A stretch of 64,000 bases of DNA, from the NCBI GenBank assembly GCA_964438995.1, contig CAYTMQ010000003.1, positions 249,600-313,599 on the forward strand, in the 5' to 3' direction. Shown here piece after piece: positions 21,747 to 34,000 of this stretch; position 1 is the stretch's first letter, and the number at the start of each line of letters is the position of its first letter. Both the position numbers and the translations under genes were made by a program. Source of the stretch: an uncultured Chitinophaga sp. GTDB taxonomy: Bacteria > Bacteroidota > Bacteroidia > NS11-12g > UBA955. The notes under the pieces are model-generated. The model was not told the DNA's origin. It saw nothing but the letters and a program-made list of their open reading frames with translations, and ran no database searches.

Positions 21747-22376
21747 ATGGGCAATTATCGAAAATACTTTATTCAATTCATAAAAGATGATTATCCCAAT
21801 GATTTTGATCAAATCATTAAGAGAACTGACCATCATTACGCTCAAATTTCGCTTGATACTGCCTTTTCAAAAACGTCAAAAAATCCAGTTGACAGAAGGC
21901 TTGATTTTAGTGCGTACTTTTTAGCTTTAATTGTAACATTGGATGAGAGGGCTGAAACATTTGAAAACATTCGGAATATTTGTCTTAAAATCACAATTCA
22001 ATATGTACAGCCCAAAAATGCAATTCACCAATATTTCAAAAGACTTTTACCAAGAATGATTGACACATGGTTAGGGAAAATCCTCGTTAAGTCATTTCAT
22101 AAAAGAGTGAGTGTGAATACACATCCAGATGGGTTTATTGCCAACATAATAACAGATAAAAAAGAAACGTATGGATTAGGATATGGTGTAGACATAATAG
22201 AATGTGGGATTTGCAAACTGTTTAAAAAATACAATTACTTAAAATATGCGTCTATACTTTGTGAAGTTGACGAAATAACCTCAGGTATTGCTGGACTGAA
22301 GCTAATAAGAAGTGGCACTATAGCCAATGGCGCCAAAAAGTGCGACTTTAGATTTAAGCTAGAAGAATTGAATTGA
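21747..22376 (+). CDS. Hypothetical cytoplasmic protein with a Cys-rich C-terminus (possibly L-2-amino-thiazoline-4-carboxylic acid hydrolase-like family)
   Basis: 209 aa, no signal peptide. Conserved-looking CGIC...C...KCDF cysteine cluster. Confidence 0.3.
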   Translation: MGNYRKYFIQFIKDDYPNDFDQIIKRTDHHYAQISLDTAFSKTSKNPVDRRLDFSAYFLALIVTLDERAETFENIRNICLKITIQYVQPKNAIHQYFKRLLPRMIDTWLGKILVKSFHKRVSVNTHPDGFIANIITDKKETYGLGYGVDIIECGICKLFKKYNYLKYASILCEVDEITSGIAGLKLIRSGTIANGAKKCDFRFKLEELN

Positions 22377-22984
22377 CTAAAGTAACCAATCCAACCGAGG
22401 TTTGTTTTGATAATATTACAATCGGAAACGATATGGAACAGCAAATTGGCATAAGGGCTATTTGGAATAACGAAGCATGTTTTCCAGTTGACTCTCCATT
22501 ATTTGTTTATGCGTTACAACAAGAAAATATGGAATCAAGTCCTTCTTATGATGGAAGTGATGTTATTTATATGTTTCCTGCTTTTGGACCAGCATGTGAA
22601 AATTTAGAAATGAGCAGTTCAAATAAAGATTATACTTATAAAAAGTCAATGGATGTTGAACCTGAAATTAGTGATAATAGAAGAAGCAACAACATTAAAT
22701 CAACCAATGTCACTTCTGAAATTAATTCTAATATAATTATTTATCCGAATCCTGCTAAAAATCAAACTATTATAACAGTTGACAATATTTCCTCTAATTC
22801 AAATATCCAATTAGAAATATTTGATATGACAGGCAAAAAAATACATGTAGAATTTTCATACTTAGAGTCAAATGGAATAGCTTCATATAAAATAAATACC
22901 AGTAATTTAATAGAAGGCATTTATTCAATTAAAATTTCTCAAAACACAAAAACTTCCGTCCACAAACTAATTATTCAAAAATAA
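22373..22984 (+). CDS. Orphan T9SS type-A C-terminal sorting domain ORF lacking a signal peptide (possible gene remnant)
   Basis: C-terminal IIIYPNPAKNQTIITV...GIYSIKISQNTKTSVHKLII is a canonical T9SS C-terminal domain. The ORF begins at TTG overlapping the upstream stop and has no signal peptide. A low-complexity linker precedes the C-terminal domain. Confidence 0.4.
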   Translation: MTKVTNPTEVCFDNITIGNDMEQQIGIRAIWNNEACFPVDSPLFVYALQQENMESSPSYDGSDVIYMFPAFGPACENLEMSSSNKDYTYKKSMDVEPEISDNRRSNNIKSTNVTSEINSNIIIYPNPAKNQTIITVDNISSNSNIQLEIFDMTGKKIHVEFSYLESNGIASYKINTSNLIEGIYSIKISQNTKTSVHKLIIQK

Positions 22985-23037
22985 TGTATCTTTGAAGTAC
23001 CGTGTTCAAATTGAACACGGTACTTTTTATAAAACTA

Positions 23038-24767
23038 TGAAAAGGTATACTTTTCTGCTTCTCTTAACTTTTCTTTTTCTTAGGGCCAATGCTCAGCCTA
23101 AAGAATTGATATTTAATGGTGGGTTTGAAGATGTAAGAAAACCTTTGATTGGAAATACTCTTTACAGACTTCGCTATGATTCATTTAATAATCGTGTTGC
23201 AAACTGGGTGACACCCAACACTGGCACTCCAGATATCTATAGCTTAAATTACAACGATAACAAAGGAGCATTTAAGCTTCCATATATCAATTTATTAAAT
23301 GCCTTTTTTGATGTAAATGTTTGTTCATTAGATGGCATTGAATATTTAGATACAATTTATCCATTTAAAGGAAACAATATTGTTGCAATGGGCGTTGACA
23401 CCTATAATCAACTTCCAAATTCACATTACTTTAAAGAGTATCTTCAAACAAAACTTATTTCTGGAATTAAACCTGGAAAAAAATACAAAATTTCTTTTTA
23501 TTATAAATACTATAAGTACAATGAAAGTAAAATTGATTTTTTAGAATTTTACTTTTCAAAAGATGCAATCAACTACTATGCGACTTTTCATTGGGACCCC
23601 TATATTAACCAACTAGATAAAAAATACTCAGCACAATTGACAATTAATGGGTTGAGTAAAGATTCATTAGTCTGGCGAAAAAAAGAGGCAATATTTAAAT
23701 TGAAAGATACTTTTGACTATTTAACCATAGGTATATTTAAGGATGTATATTTCAATTTAATTAAAGATAAAGACAAAAAATACAAGTGTTTTTCAAATGG
23801 CTTTTACATATTTCTTGATGAAATTTCTTTACTAGAAATGCCTTGTATTACTGGTCCGGATAGTGTTTGCTACAATAGCACTGTTACACTAAATTCTAAT
23901 TTAGGAATGCCCTATCAGTGGAGCTTAACTAGAAATGGTATAGATACTTTAAGCAAGGACAGTATTTTTCATTTTAAAGCTGTAAAAAGTCAGTGGATAT
24001 ATGGTTTTGGAAAATATGGCATGGATAGTATATTTGTTTATGTAACTCCTCCAATTAAAAATGAATTTGAAGCCGATTCTTTGATTGTTTGTGCACCAAA
24101 GATAATGGAGTTGAATGCAGAACCAAATTCTACTTATGAATATTTATGGAATACGGGTTCAACAGCAAATTCAATAAAGTTACAAGCTACTGGCAATTAT
24201 TATGTTAAAGTATCAAATAGCTTTGGATGTAAAGATAGTTTTAGCATTTATATCAATATTGTTCCTTTGCCTAAATTTTATTTAGATTCGAAGTTCTACA
24301 ATTGTTTTTATACCAATTCTACTATAACCATTAAACAATCAGAGGGGTATTATTGTAAGTGGATTCCTAGTATGACTAATAGTTGTGAATTAACTTTAGA
24401 TACACCGCAGAAAGTACAACTTCAAATAAAAGATATAAACTTTAACTGTTATAACACTCTGGATATAGAAATAATAGATAGGTGTGATCCAATAGTATTT
24501 ATACCAAGTGCATTCAATCCAAAATCTACAATAGATAAAAATAGTGTTTTTTCTCCGAGAGTATCTTACTCAAATAATTATGAAATTACCATCTATAATA
24601 GCTGGGGTGAAATAGTTTATAAGGGAGACAATGAAACTGCAGAATGGGATGGTACTTATAAAAATGAATTATGCCCACAAGGAATATATTTGTGTATAAT
24701 AAATTTAAAAAGTGCAACTGATAATACTTCAAAACAATACAAACAGTTGGTGCATTTACTTAGATAA
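23038..24767 (+). CDS. Secreted protein with a T9SS type-B (gliding-motility-associated) C-terminal domain
   Basis: Signal peptide MKRYTFLLLLTFLFLRANA. C-terminal IPSAFNPKS...YEITIYNSWGEIVYKGDN..AEWDGTY...GIYLCIINL matches the type-B sorting domain pattern (PxAFxPN...IxNRWGxxVF...WDG...GxYxY). Confidence 0.7.
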
Positions 24768-24774
24768 ATTTCAA

Positions 24775-27096
24775 TCAATTTACCACTTCAAAATTCACAC
24801 TTTGAGATACCCCATTCTCGTCCATCACCAACAGAATGTGTTTACCAATTCTTGGACTTATCTTCAATTGATGGATGCCTGTTGTGATGCCAATAAAATC
24901 GTTGTCTATATGCCAAAATAATTTCATGTTTTGAGTGCGGTGTGCTACTTCAAAAACAGCACTCCCCTTTTCTCCATTGATTTCAATTGGTATATTGATT
25001 TTAGTGTTTTGGCGTGGGTACAAAACGTTTAACGACCTATCTTGAACCTTTTCCATGCAATCTTTTCTCACAGGTGGTAATGCTACATATTCTGGATGTG
25101 CCACTGAATAGTACTTCTCGATACCTGGTGGAATAACAAACCAATTGACTTTTTGAATTTCAAAAGCCGATTCACAATCACAATTTACTCTTTGTTTACC
25201 AGTCTTGTCAGTAAAAATTGGTTTGTGAAAATGACAGGATACTACATCTAAACACGATGAAGGCACTAGTCTTTCAAGCCTAACTGTACAATTAACAGAA
25301 GCCCTCAAACCACTTGTTTGACATATCTCAATTTTGGCCATATCTGATAAGGGTTTGGTGAACCAGGGACTTTTTTCAGGCAACTGTCTGAAGACATCAA
25401 ACATAATAGGCGCAGCTGCTTTTACTCCAGTTAAACCTGGTCTGCCTTCGCCATCGGCATTGCCTACCCAAACGCTAACCACATAATCTGCTGTAATACC
25501 TATAGCCCACGCATCTCTAAAACCAAAACTAGTCCCAGTTTTCCATGCTATTTTCTTTTTTTCATCAAACAACTGCCAATTGCCATTTTCATCTGGTCTG
25601 TTCAAATTGGTCATGGCTTCAAAAGTTGAATACAAACAGGCTTTGCTAAATTGTTGCTGATGCTTTTTACTTGATGTTTGCTCATCCAAACAAATAAACT
25701 TATCGTTAATTCCCAACAATTCTTGTCCCATAGTTGTGTAAGCCTTATTTAAATCCCATAGCTTAGCTTCAGCGCCACCAAGTATCAAAGACAGTCCGTA
25801 ATGTGAAGCTGTTTGATTCAAATCACTTAAACCTAACCTTTTTAAATCATTGTAAAATTTTACATTGCCATAATCGCTCAACAATCTTACAAATGGAATG
25901 TTAAGACTTCTTGATAATGCTTCATCAGCATGGACCAAACCATCATACTGATAATTGAAATTCTTTGGTGCGAATCCATTGAAATACGAAGGCACATCAT
26001 ACAACAAAGCACTTGGTGTAATGATACCGTTCTCTAACGCTTTAGCATATAAAATAGGTTTTAAAATACTACCTGTACTTCTAGGGGCCATAATACAATC
26101 TACTTTTTCTGCATGGCCAGCATCCTTGTCAAGTGTTGCGTTTCCAATGTATGCGATAACTTTTCCAGTTTTGGTTTCGGTAATCATCAATGCAGAATTA
26201 TAAATTTTGTTATCGGCCAGCCAACGCATTCTGTTGCTCAAAATGTCATCCATTTTTAATTGCAAATCTGCTTTGATAGTACTTTTAATTGTTTGTCCTC
26301 TTCTACCTTCTACAATCAATCTCTCTAGAAGATGAGGGGTTATGTTTGGCAGTTTTAAAGGTTTCCCTGGGATTTCTTCTAACAGTGCTAGCTTGTATGT
26401 TGATTGATCGAGAATGTGTCTTTGATATAGTCTCTTTAACAATCTATTTCTTTTAGATAACAAAGCATTAGGGTTTTTTCCAGGATAAATCAAACCTGGT
26501 GCATTAGGAAGCACCGCCAAAGTTGCAGATTCTGCCCAACTTAATTGGTGTGATGGTCGACCGAAATACCGCCAAGATGCCGCTTCTAAGCCAACCACAT
26601 TATTTCCAAATGGTGCATTCGAAACATACATAATGAGTATTTCCTTTTTGCTGAACTTAAGCTCCATTCGCAATGCCATATTAATTTCGATGAACTTATT
26701 AAAGACATTTCTAGAACGATTGCCTCTCATCAATCTAGCAACCTGCATGGTAATGGTGCTACCACCACTTACTACTCTCTTGTTGATTACATTTTGTTTG
26801 ATGGCTCTGCCAATGCCTCTAGGACTTACACCAAAATGACCATAAAATGATTTGTCTTCAAACTCTAACAAACATTGTTCGAATCTAAATGGAATACTGT
26901 CTGGCGAAGAAAAACGCCATTGTCCATCATTTGCAATTCTTGCTCCAAGCAGTTGGCCATCTTGACTTAATAAAACTGTTGAAGTGCTATTGATGAATGG
27001 TTTTTTAGGCAAACAATTCCAAAACCAAATGAACCACACAAGCCCAGTAATAGCTATGATTTGTTTTGTGCGTTTTTTGATTAAAGACTTATTCAT
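24775..27096 (-). CDS. pbpC: Penicillin-binding protein 1C (monofunctional-like transglycosylase/transpeptidase)
   Basis: GT51 glycosyltransferase motifs EDKSFYGHFGV and GGSTITMQ after an N-terminal TM helix. ~770 aa. C-terminal PBP1C-type domain. Likely start at MNKSLIKKRTKQ. Confidence 0.85.
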   Translation of the reverse strand: MNKSLIKKRTKQIIAITGLVWFIWFWNCLPKKPFINSTSTVLLSQDGQLLGARIANDGQWRFSSPDSIPFRFEQCLLEFEDKSFYGHFGVSPRGIGRAIKQNVINKRVVSGGSTITMQVARLMRGNRSRNVFNKFIEINMALRMELKFSKKEILIMYVSNAPFGNNVVGLEAASWRYFGRPSHQLSWAESATLAVLPNAPGLIYPGKNPNALLSKRNRLLKRLYQRHILDQSTYKLALLEEIPGKPLKLPNITPHLLERLIVEGRRGQTIKSTIKADLQLKMDDILSNRMRWLADNKIYNSALMITETKTGKVIAYIGNATLDKDAGHAEKVDCIMAPRSTGSILKPILYAKALENGIITPSALLYDVPSYFNGFAPKNFNYQYDGLVHADEALSRSLNIPFVRLLSDYGNVKFYNDLKRLGLSDLNQTASHYGLSLILGGAEAKLWDLNKAYTTMGQELLGINDKFICLDEQTSSKKHQQQFSKACLYSTFEAMTNLNRPDENGNWQLFDEKKKIAWKTGTSFGFRDAWAIGITADYVVSVWVGNADGEGRPGLTGVKAAAPIMFDVFRQLPEKSPWFTKPLSDMAKIEICQTSGLRASVNCTVRLERLVPSSCLDVVSCHFHKPIFTDKTGKQRVNCDCESAFEIQKVNWFVIPPGIEKYYSVAHPEYVALPPVRKDCMEKVQDRSLNVLYPRQNTKINIPIEINGEKGSAVFEVAHRTQNMKLFWHIDNDFIGITTGIHQLKISPRIGKHILLVMDENGVSQSVNFEVVN

Positions 27097-27207
27097 TCTG
27101 ATTTTCCAAATCAAAAATTCAACTTTTATATGGATAATCACTCGGACTTTATTATTCGCCGAATTTTTATTCATATTTGCATTGTATATTTGATCATTCG
27201 AAAAACA

Positions 27208-30200
27208 TTGAAAGCACTATACCGTCTCATATCAGTGATGTTAATTTTGGATTGTCATTGGGCAATGGCTCAACAATTCAATTTTAGAAACTTCTCTGTA
27301 AAAGAGGGTATCGCACAATCTCAGGTTTATAGTGTTTTACAAGATTCAAGGGGATATTTATGGATGGGTACAAGAGGCGGTGGTATTACACGCTTCGATG
27401 GTTTCAAATTTGTTTCATTTACCAAAAAAGACCAATTAAGCAGTAATTATATTTATGTCATAAAAGAAGGAAAAGACGGCAAACTTCTGATTGGAACAAA
27501 CAATGGATTCTGCACATACAATGGCTTAAAGATTGAGTCTTACGGCGTCAGAACGGGCGATACAAGTCAGTTTTCGGTTTTAGACATAGCAGTTGGCAAC
27601 AATCATGATATTTGGTTAGCCACCAATCAAGGTGTATACAAATTTGAAGACAAAAAATTAACCAATATTTCAAATTTAATTGGTGAAAAACCAATTATGG
27701 TAAATACTATTTTGGTAGACAAGTTTGGCCGAATTTTATATGGCACTGTCAACGGTTTGAATGTCTTGGATTATGCCAATAACGCCTATAAAGTAAAACG
27801 ATTTTATAAGCAACCACATTTTCAAACTGGGTCTATCAACACCCTTAAATCAGATAAAAATGGCAACATTTGGATAGGTACTTATAAAAATGGTTTGTTT
27901 AGTTTGGGTAAAGATTCGGCGATTCAAATTCGTCAGAATGCATTACCTACACAATCAATTTTTGATATTTATTTTGATGATGAAGACAATGTATGGCTTG
28001 CCACATTAAACAATGGAGTTTGTATCTATAATGTGGTTTCAAAATCGGTGAAATGGATTAGTGAATATGAAGGTTTAAGCAACAACCATGTTAGAAGTAT
28101 TTGCCGTGATAAAAATGGCAACTATTGGTTTGGCACATCAGGTGGTGGTATTTGCAACTATTTCGGTAACCAATTTACAACCTTTGACAAAAGTTCAGGC
28201 TTGCCAGGGAATTTCATTTATAGCGTGTTTAAAGACTCTAGAAACCGTTTGTTTATAGGCAATTCAGACAAAGGATTTACGATACTTGACAGCGGAAAAT
28301 TCAACTCTTTTAACAGTAAAAACAGATTTGGTGATTATAAAATAAAAGCCATTTGTGAAGATGATTTTGGCAGGATTTATTTAGGCACAGAAGCCAATGG
28401 CGTATTTATTTACACTCAAGACACCATTCTATCAGTTCCTGGACTTGAAAAAAAGTACATAAAATCTATCGTTAAAGATTTAGAAGGTAACATGGTGATT
28501 GGCACTTCCGGAACTGGTATTTTTATTTATACAAAAGAGAGTCAGTATCAGAATTTCGTTCAATTACAAACCTCAAATGGGTTGACGGGTAATAGAATTT
28601 CTTGTTTACTTGTAGATAAGGCAGGGAAAATTTGGTATGGAACAGAAAACAATGGTATTTCATGGATCAATCATTCATTGCCCTCAAAATCTGGGTTCAC
28701 TATTAGCGATGGATTACCCTCCAATTCTATACGTTGTTTAACTGAAGACAATAAAGGCAATTTATGGATAGGCAGTGCTGGAAGTGGTATTTCAAAAATG
28801 TCTATTTATAAAGGTCAAACAAATATCATCAATTATGATTATAAAGATGGCTTAAGTTCGTCTAACATTTATCTATTAATGTTTGATGACAAACAAAGAT
28901 TATTTGCCGGCAGTGAAACTGGTCTCGACTTATTAGAATTCGATCAGAATTTAAAAATCACTCAAGTCAAACATTACAGCAAAGGCGAAGGATTTACAGG
29001 GATTGAGACTTGTCAAAACTCGGTTGCAAAAGAGGCCAATGGCACTATTTGGTTTGGGACCATCAATGGGTTAATACGATATATTTCTTCACAAAATTAT
29101 AAAAATTTAAGTGCTCCTGTTTTAAGCATCACCAATGTAAAATTGTTTTATGAACCATTATTTTCTACACCTTATAAATCGTTCATAGGCGAGTGGAATA
29201 TTGTTAAAAAAATTGAGTTACCGCACAATAAAAACCATTTGACATTCGACTTTATGGGCATCAATTTTAACAACCCTGAAGCAGTTGTTTACAAATGGAA
29301 ACTAGAAGGATTTGATCAAGATTGGTCGCCACCCTCCAAACAAAACACAGTTACTTATTCTAATTTACCATTTGGTGATTTTACCTTCAAAGTGTTATCC
29401 TGCAATGAAGAAGGCGTTTGGAATTCCAAACCTCAAATCATCCATATCAGCATTCAAGCACCTTTCTGGCGTCAAACATGGGTAATAGTTTGTAGTATTA
29501 TTGTTGTACTAACCTTAATTACATTATTGTTCAGATTGCGCATCAATACAGTTAAGCGCAAGGCTGCTGAAAGAGAAGAAAAACTGAGATTAGAAAAAGA
29601 GTTGATAGAATTGGAACAAAAAGCTTTGAGATTACAAATGAATCCGCATTTTATTTTCAATGCACTCAATTCAATTCAATCACAAATAGGCACCAATCAA
29701 GACCAATCAGCGAGATATTACCTAGCAAAATTTTCTAGATTGATGAGACAGATACTTGATAATTCAAGAAGTGCCATGATTACTTTAGAAGAAGAAATCA
29801 ATACACTTGAAAATTATCTACTAATTGAAAAATTTTGCAATGGAGATAGATTTGATTACACTATATCTGTCAGTCAAAATCTAGATAAAGATTTTATTCA
29901 GATGCCTCCAATGCTTCTACAACCTTTCATTGAAAATGCCATCAAACATGGGTTAAAAAATTTAAACAACAGAAGAGGTCATATTTCCATAATTATTGGT
30001 GAAGAAAATAATTGTTTGTTGTGCGCTGTTGAAGACAATGGAGTTGGTAGAGAAGCTTCAGCGGCCAGCAAAGAGCAAAGCAAGGAAACTTATCACAAGT
30101 CGACCGCTCTAAAAGTGACAGAAGAGAGGCTTGAAATTTACAAAGAGCACATCAAAGAACAGCCATTAAAAATCATTGATCTGAAAGACAAAGATGGCCA

Positions 30201-30240
30201 TGCAATGGGTACCAGAATAGAAATTAGAATTCCAATATAA
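27208..30240 (+). CDS. Sensor histidine kinase with periplasmic two-component-regulator beta-propeller/Y_Y_Y domains and a LytS/YehU-type (His_kinase, pfam06580-like) transmitter
   Basis: Repeated GTxxGGxxxFDG propeller repeats. TM helix VIVCSIIVVLTLITLLF. H-box MNPHFIFNALNSIQ typical of LytS-family kinases. C-terminal HATPase. Start uncertain: TTG at 27208 gives a signal peptide, with ATG alternatives at 27130 or 27238. Confidence 0.75.
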   Translation: MKALYRLISVMLILDCHWAMAQQFNFRNFSVKEGIAQSQVYSVLQDSRGYLWMGTRGGGITRFDGFKFVSFTKKDQLSSNYIYVIKEGKDGKLLIGTNNGFCTYNGLKIESYGVRTGDTSQFSVLDIAVGNNHDIWLATNQGVYKFEDKKLTNISNLIGEKPIMVNTILVDKFGRILYGTVNGLNVLDYANNAYKVKRFYKQPHFQTGSINTLKSDKNGNIWIGTYKNGLFSLGKDSAIQIRQNALPTQSIFDIYFDDEDNVWLATLNNGVCIYNVVSKSVKWISEYEGLSNNHVRSICRDKNGNYWFGTSGGGICNYFGNQFTTFDKSSGLPGNFIYSVFKDSRNRLFIGNSDKGFTILDSGKFNSFNSKNRFGDYKIKAICEDDFGRIYLGTEANGVFIYTQDTILSVPGLEKKYIKSIVKDLEGNMVIGTSGTGIFIYTKESQYQNFVQLQTSNGLTGNRISCLLVDKAGKIWYGTENNGISWINHSLPSKSGFTISDGLPSNSIRCLTEDNKGNLWIGSAGSGISKMSIYKGQTNIINYDYKDGLSSSNIYLLMFDDKQRLFAGSETGLDLLEFDQNLKITQVKHYSKGEGFTGIETCQNSVAKEANGTIWFGTINGLIRYISSQNYKNLSAPVLSITNVKLFYEPLFSTPYKSFIGEWNIVKKIELPHNKNHLTFDFMGINFNNPEAVVYKWKLEGFDQDWSPPSKQNTVTYSNLPFGDFTFKVLSCNEEGVWNSKPQIIHISIQAPFWRQTWVIVCSIIVVLTLITLLFRLRINTVKRKAAEREEKLRLEKELIELEQKALRLQMNPHFIFNALNSIQSQIGTNQDQSARYYLAKFSRLMRQILDNSRSAMITLEEEINTLENYLLIEKFCNGDRFDYTISVSQNLDKDFIQMPPMLLQPFIENAIKHGLKNLNNRRGHISIIIGEENNCLLCAVEDNGVGREASAASKEQSKETYHKSTALKVTEERLEIYKEHIKEQPLKIIDLKDKDGHAMGTRIEIRIPI

Positions 30241-30242
30241 AC

Positions 30243-30986
30243 ATGTTGAAAGCTGTAATCATAGACGATATAGAACAAGCTAGAATCACACTAAAGAAAG
30301 ACATTGAGGTATATGCCCCAGATGTGCAAGTGATAGGTGAAGCCTCGGGCGTAATTGAAGGTGTAAAATTGCTTAGAACCCTTCAACCTGATGTGGTATT
30401 TCTTGACATTCAGATGCAAGATGGAAGTGGATTTGATTTATTGGATTTGATGCAAGACATTCAATTTAGAATCATCTTTATCACTGCTTCAGACGCGCAT
30501 GCTATCAAAGCTTTCAGGTATGCCGCAATTGATTATTTGCTAAAGCCTGTAGATCCTGATGAACTTAAATTGGCCATTGAAAAGTTAAAAGAAAAATCCA
30601 TCAGCGAAAATGAAAAATACAAGCTTTTAAATGAATCCTTAAAAGCTGGACAAAAACACCAATCTAAGTTGGCTTTGCACACACAAGAAAAAATCCATGT
30701 TGTAAATATTTCTGACATTGTGAGATGCGAAAGCAATGTCAACTATACAGAGTTTCATTTTGTAGATGGCAAAAAACTTATTGTTACTAAAACATTGAAA
30801 GAATTTGAGGACCTACTGGTAGACCATGGATTTTTTAGAGTACATCAATCACATTTGATTAACACAAAATTTATCAAAGAATTTATCAAAGCGGATGGCG
30901 GCTCTATTCGTATGGAAAACAACCATATTGTGCCTGTTTCAACGCGCAAAAGAAACCAAGTTCTTGAGATGATAGAAAAGCTATAA
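30243..30986 (+). CDS. LytTR-family response regulator
   Basis: REC domain (DDIE...VVFLDIQMQDGSGFDL). C-terminal LytTR DNA-binding domain. Separated by 2 bp from the upstream kinase gene. Confidence 0.9.
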   Translation: MLKAVIIDDIEQARITLKKDIEVYAPDVQVIGEASGVIEGVKLLRTLQPDVVFLDIQMQDGSGFDLLDLMQDIQFRIIFITASDAHAIKAFRYAAIDYLLKPVDPDELKLAIEKLKEKSISENEKYKLLNESLKAGQKHQSKLALHTQEKIHVVNISDIVRCESNVNYTEFHFVDGKKLIVTKTLKEFEDLLVDHGFFRVHQSHLINTKFIKEFIKADGGSIRMENNHIVPVSTRKRNQVLEMIEKL

Positions 30987-31013
30987 GGGAATTGAAAACG
31001 CCATCCAATTCCC
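30987..31013. terminator. Bidirectional hairpin terminator between the response regulator and alpha-2-macroglobulin genes
   Basis: gggaattgaaaacgccatccaattccc: perfect 8-bp stem GGGAATTG/CAATTCCC between convergent genes. Confidence 0.55.
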
Positions 31014-31036
31014 TATATAACTCTTGCTATTATAGC

Positions 31037-34000
31037 TTATTTTAATGTCAAACTAGAATTCTGTGGAACCACTTCAACCCATCTGCCAGCAGCACTGGCA
31101 TTGATAGATTTATCATACATAGCCTCTGTATACACTGTTGGCAAATAGAATTTCCCTAAATACGTAGCATTCAATTTCGTTTTAATCACTATGGTTGCTC
31201 CTGTTTTAAACTCATAATAACTGTTTACTCTGTCATCTCTATAGTCTTTATATCTCGCACCATCATTGCTTTCGCCTAGTAAAAATCTTTCGTTACTAAT
31301 TTCCCATCCACTAGGAAATATTTGAGTAAGTGCCATTTCACTTAAGTAACCTTTTTTTCCAGAATTCGTGATGCTAACCTGAGCTATAAAATCAGTTCCT
31401 TGAGCGATTTTCGAAATATCAATTGATTTTCCATCTAAAGATAGATATGTCACAACCATATTGATATGATTATTAAAATTTACTTTTTCAGTTTCAAGAG
31501 GAATGCCTTCTGAAAGAATTTTTACATACAATTGTCCTACACTTTTATTTGTAACTTCAAAGTGGTTTAGGGCTTTCAAATCCTTTTCAGGTATTTCTAA
31601 AATATCCATCTTTTGTTTAGATGACAATGTGAATGATTTTTCATTACATCTTACCGAATACGACAATTCTGTTGCATTTGATTTTGTGTTAGTATAACTT
31701 GAAATAGCCATCAAACCGTAAGCAGTTTCTTGAGTGCTTAACCATTTTTCTGACCCTAGAGTTGTACTAAGTTGTTCAGCAACTGTTTGTGCTTTGTCGT
31801 ATTGGCCCATTAAACTCATTGCTTCTACAATTACTGCAACATCTCTGAAATCTGAGCCATAAGTATAAGAGTATTCTCTGTATGCTTTTACATCGGTAGA
31901 TAAATTCTTCGATATCTTTAAAGCTGTTTCGTGCTGACCAATCAACTCGTATGTGGCTGCTAATCTCCATGCATTGACACCAGTTAGATTTTTCTCTTCC
32001 CTTAATCTGTTCATTGCTCCTAACTCTGGACTTCCTGCAAGTGCCAATAGGTATAATCTGTAAGACTGCATGTGAACCACAGATTCGTTGTAATAAGATG
32101 CGCCAGAATGTTCATTGAATGTCCATGATTTGGCCAAACTTGATTGGTATTTCAACCATTTATCTTTCATATTTTTTGGCACATTATAACCCATTTTTTC
32201 TGCCTCAATTAAAAAATGTCCAGCATAGTTACTTCCCCATTCGCTTGGGTCTGATTCGCCTGGCCAATAAGCAAAACCGCCTGAACTAGTTTGGAATTTT
32301 TGTAATCTAATAATTCCTGCTTTGATATTTTTTTCAATACTTGCTTTCTTGTCTTTTTTCAAATCCATTAAATTTTGTACAAATAGTTGAGGAAACACAG
32401 AAGATGTAGTTTGTTCGACACAACCATGCGGATAATGGATGATATAATCCAATCTCTTTTCGAGATTGATAGACGGAACTCTAGATACTTCAACAAAAAC
32501 TTTATTAGTTCCTTTTAAACCTTTTATAGAAACATCATGGGATATTAATTTACCAGATTTAAGCAACAAATCTTTAGATTCAACTATTTTAGGATTTGCA
32601 ATTCTAACATCCAGTTCAATTTCTTGACTTGCTTTCTCTTTACCTGATTCGGCAATCACTTTCACTTTAGCAATACCAATGGCTTGATTTACTTTTACTG
32701 TGAACTGTACTATCTGATCGCCATTTTTTTCAAATTGAATTTTAGAATTTGAAGTCCCTTCTATTTGAAGTAAATCATTGGTTTCAATTCTTACATTAAC
32801 ATGTTTAATATGATTTTCCATTGCAAATACATCTACTGGCAATTTGATGGATTCATTAGGTGATAACACTCTTGGTAAAGTCGCTAATACCATCAATGGC
32901 TTTTTAATTTGTACAGTTTTTTCGGCATTTCCATAGGCGCCATTTTGATTGCCTGCAACCACCATAACTCTAACAGATCCAACATAGCTTGGAATATTGA
33001 TTTTATGCATGGCTACTTTACCTTGAGACACATTAAACGGACCAATAAATCTAACCATGGGTTTAAATCTGTTTGCTTTGGCTCCTTCTGGATTTAGGGC
33101 TGAGCCGTCACCACCAATGCTGATGAGATGATCAAGCTTACCGGCATAAGCACCAATAACTTGATCATACATATCCCATGTCTGAACGCCTAAGGCTTCT
33201 TTAGCATAGAATACCATCCATGGCTGAGGTGTTTTAAATCTAGTCAAATCAAGCAAACCATCGTCAACAACAGCTAGAGTGTAGGTCATAGGTCGACCAT
33301 TTGATTCTTTCACATTAATAATTGCAGTGCTTTCTGGACTCCAAATTGAATTACAAGATATGACAGGTTCAAGATGTGTTGCTTTAACATCAACCGTAAA
33401 TGGCATAACACCATACATTCTAATTGGTAGTTTGTTTTTTGTATGAATATGTGCTTGAACAAAATGAGCATGTATATAGGCATTTGGTGTCATTTGTTCA
33501 GTAACTTTCACATCGATTCTTGTTTCTTTTTCGGCCGTTGAATACCATTGCTTAAACAACACTCTTTTGCCATTTTCTATGGTAATAAGTACTTTACCTC
33601 CTGAAGTAGAAGGAACAGACACTTTGATATTATCACCAGGATGATACGTTTCTTTATCTATTGCAAAATTCAGCATTTGAGCATTCTCATTGTTTTGATT
33701 GTTGTCTCTGTTCCATCCATTCCAGTCAACATTAATAACCATACCAGTTTGATGACCTCCTGACATATCTGATGCTATTACCAAATATCTTCCATACTCT
33801 TGATTGGCAAAATATAATTTGTACTGTGATGATTTGCCTTTAACACTCATAACAGTATCTGTAAAAATCAAAGCACTTGATCTAGACACAAAATCTGATA
33901 AATCTTCGTCATTGGTTTCGTACCACCATCTCCATTCCAATTTGTAAACTTTAATTTCAACTTGCTTGATTTCAGAAGATTTACCAGTTTCATCTACTGC

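Noticed and set aside
27130-27237. ATG at 27130 as the sensor-kinase start
   Set aside because: It would add a 26-aa non-signal extension. The TTG at 27208 (or the ATG at 27238) gives a proper signal or TM segment (MKALYRLISVMLILDCHWAMA).
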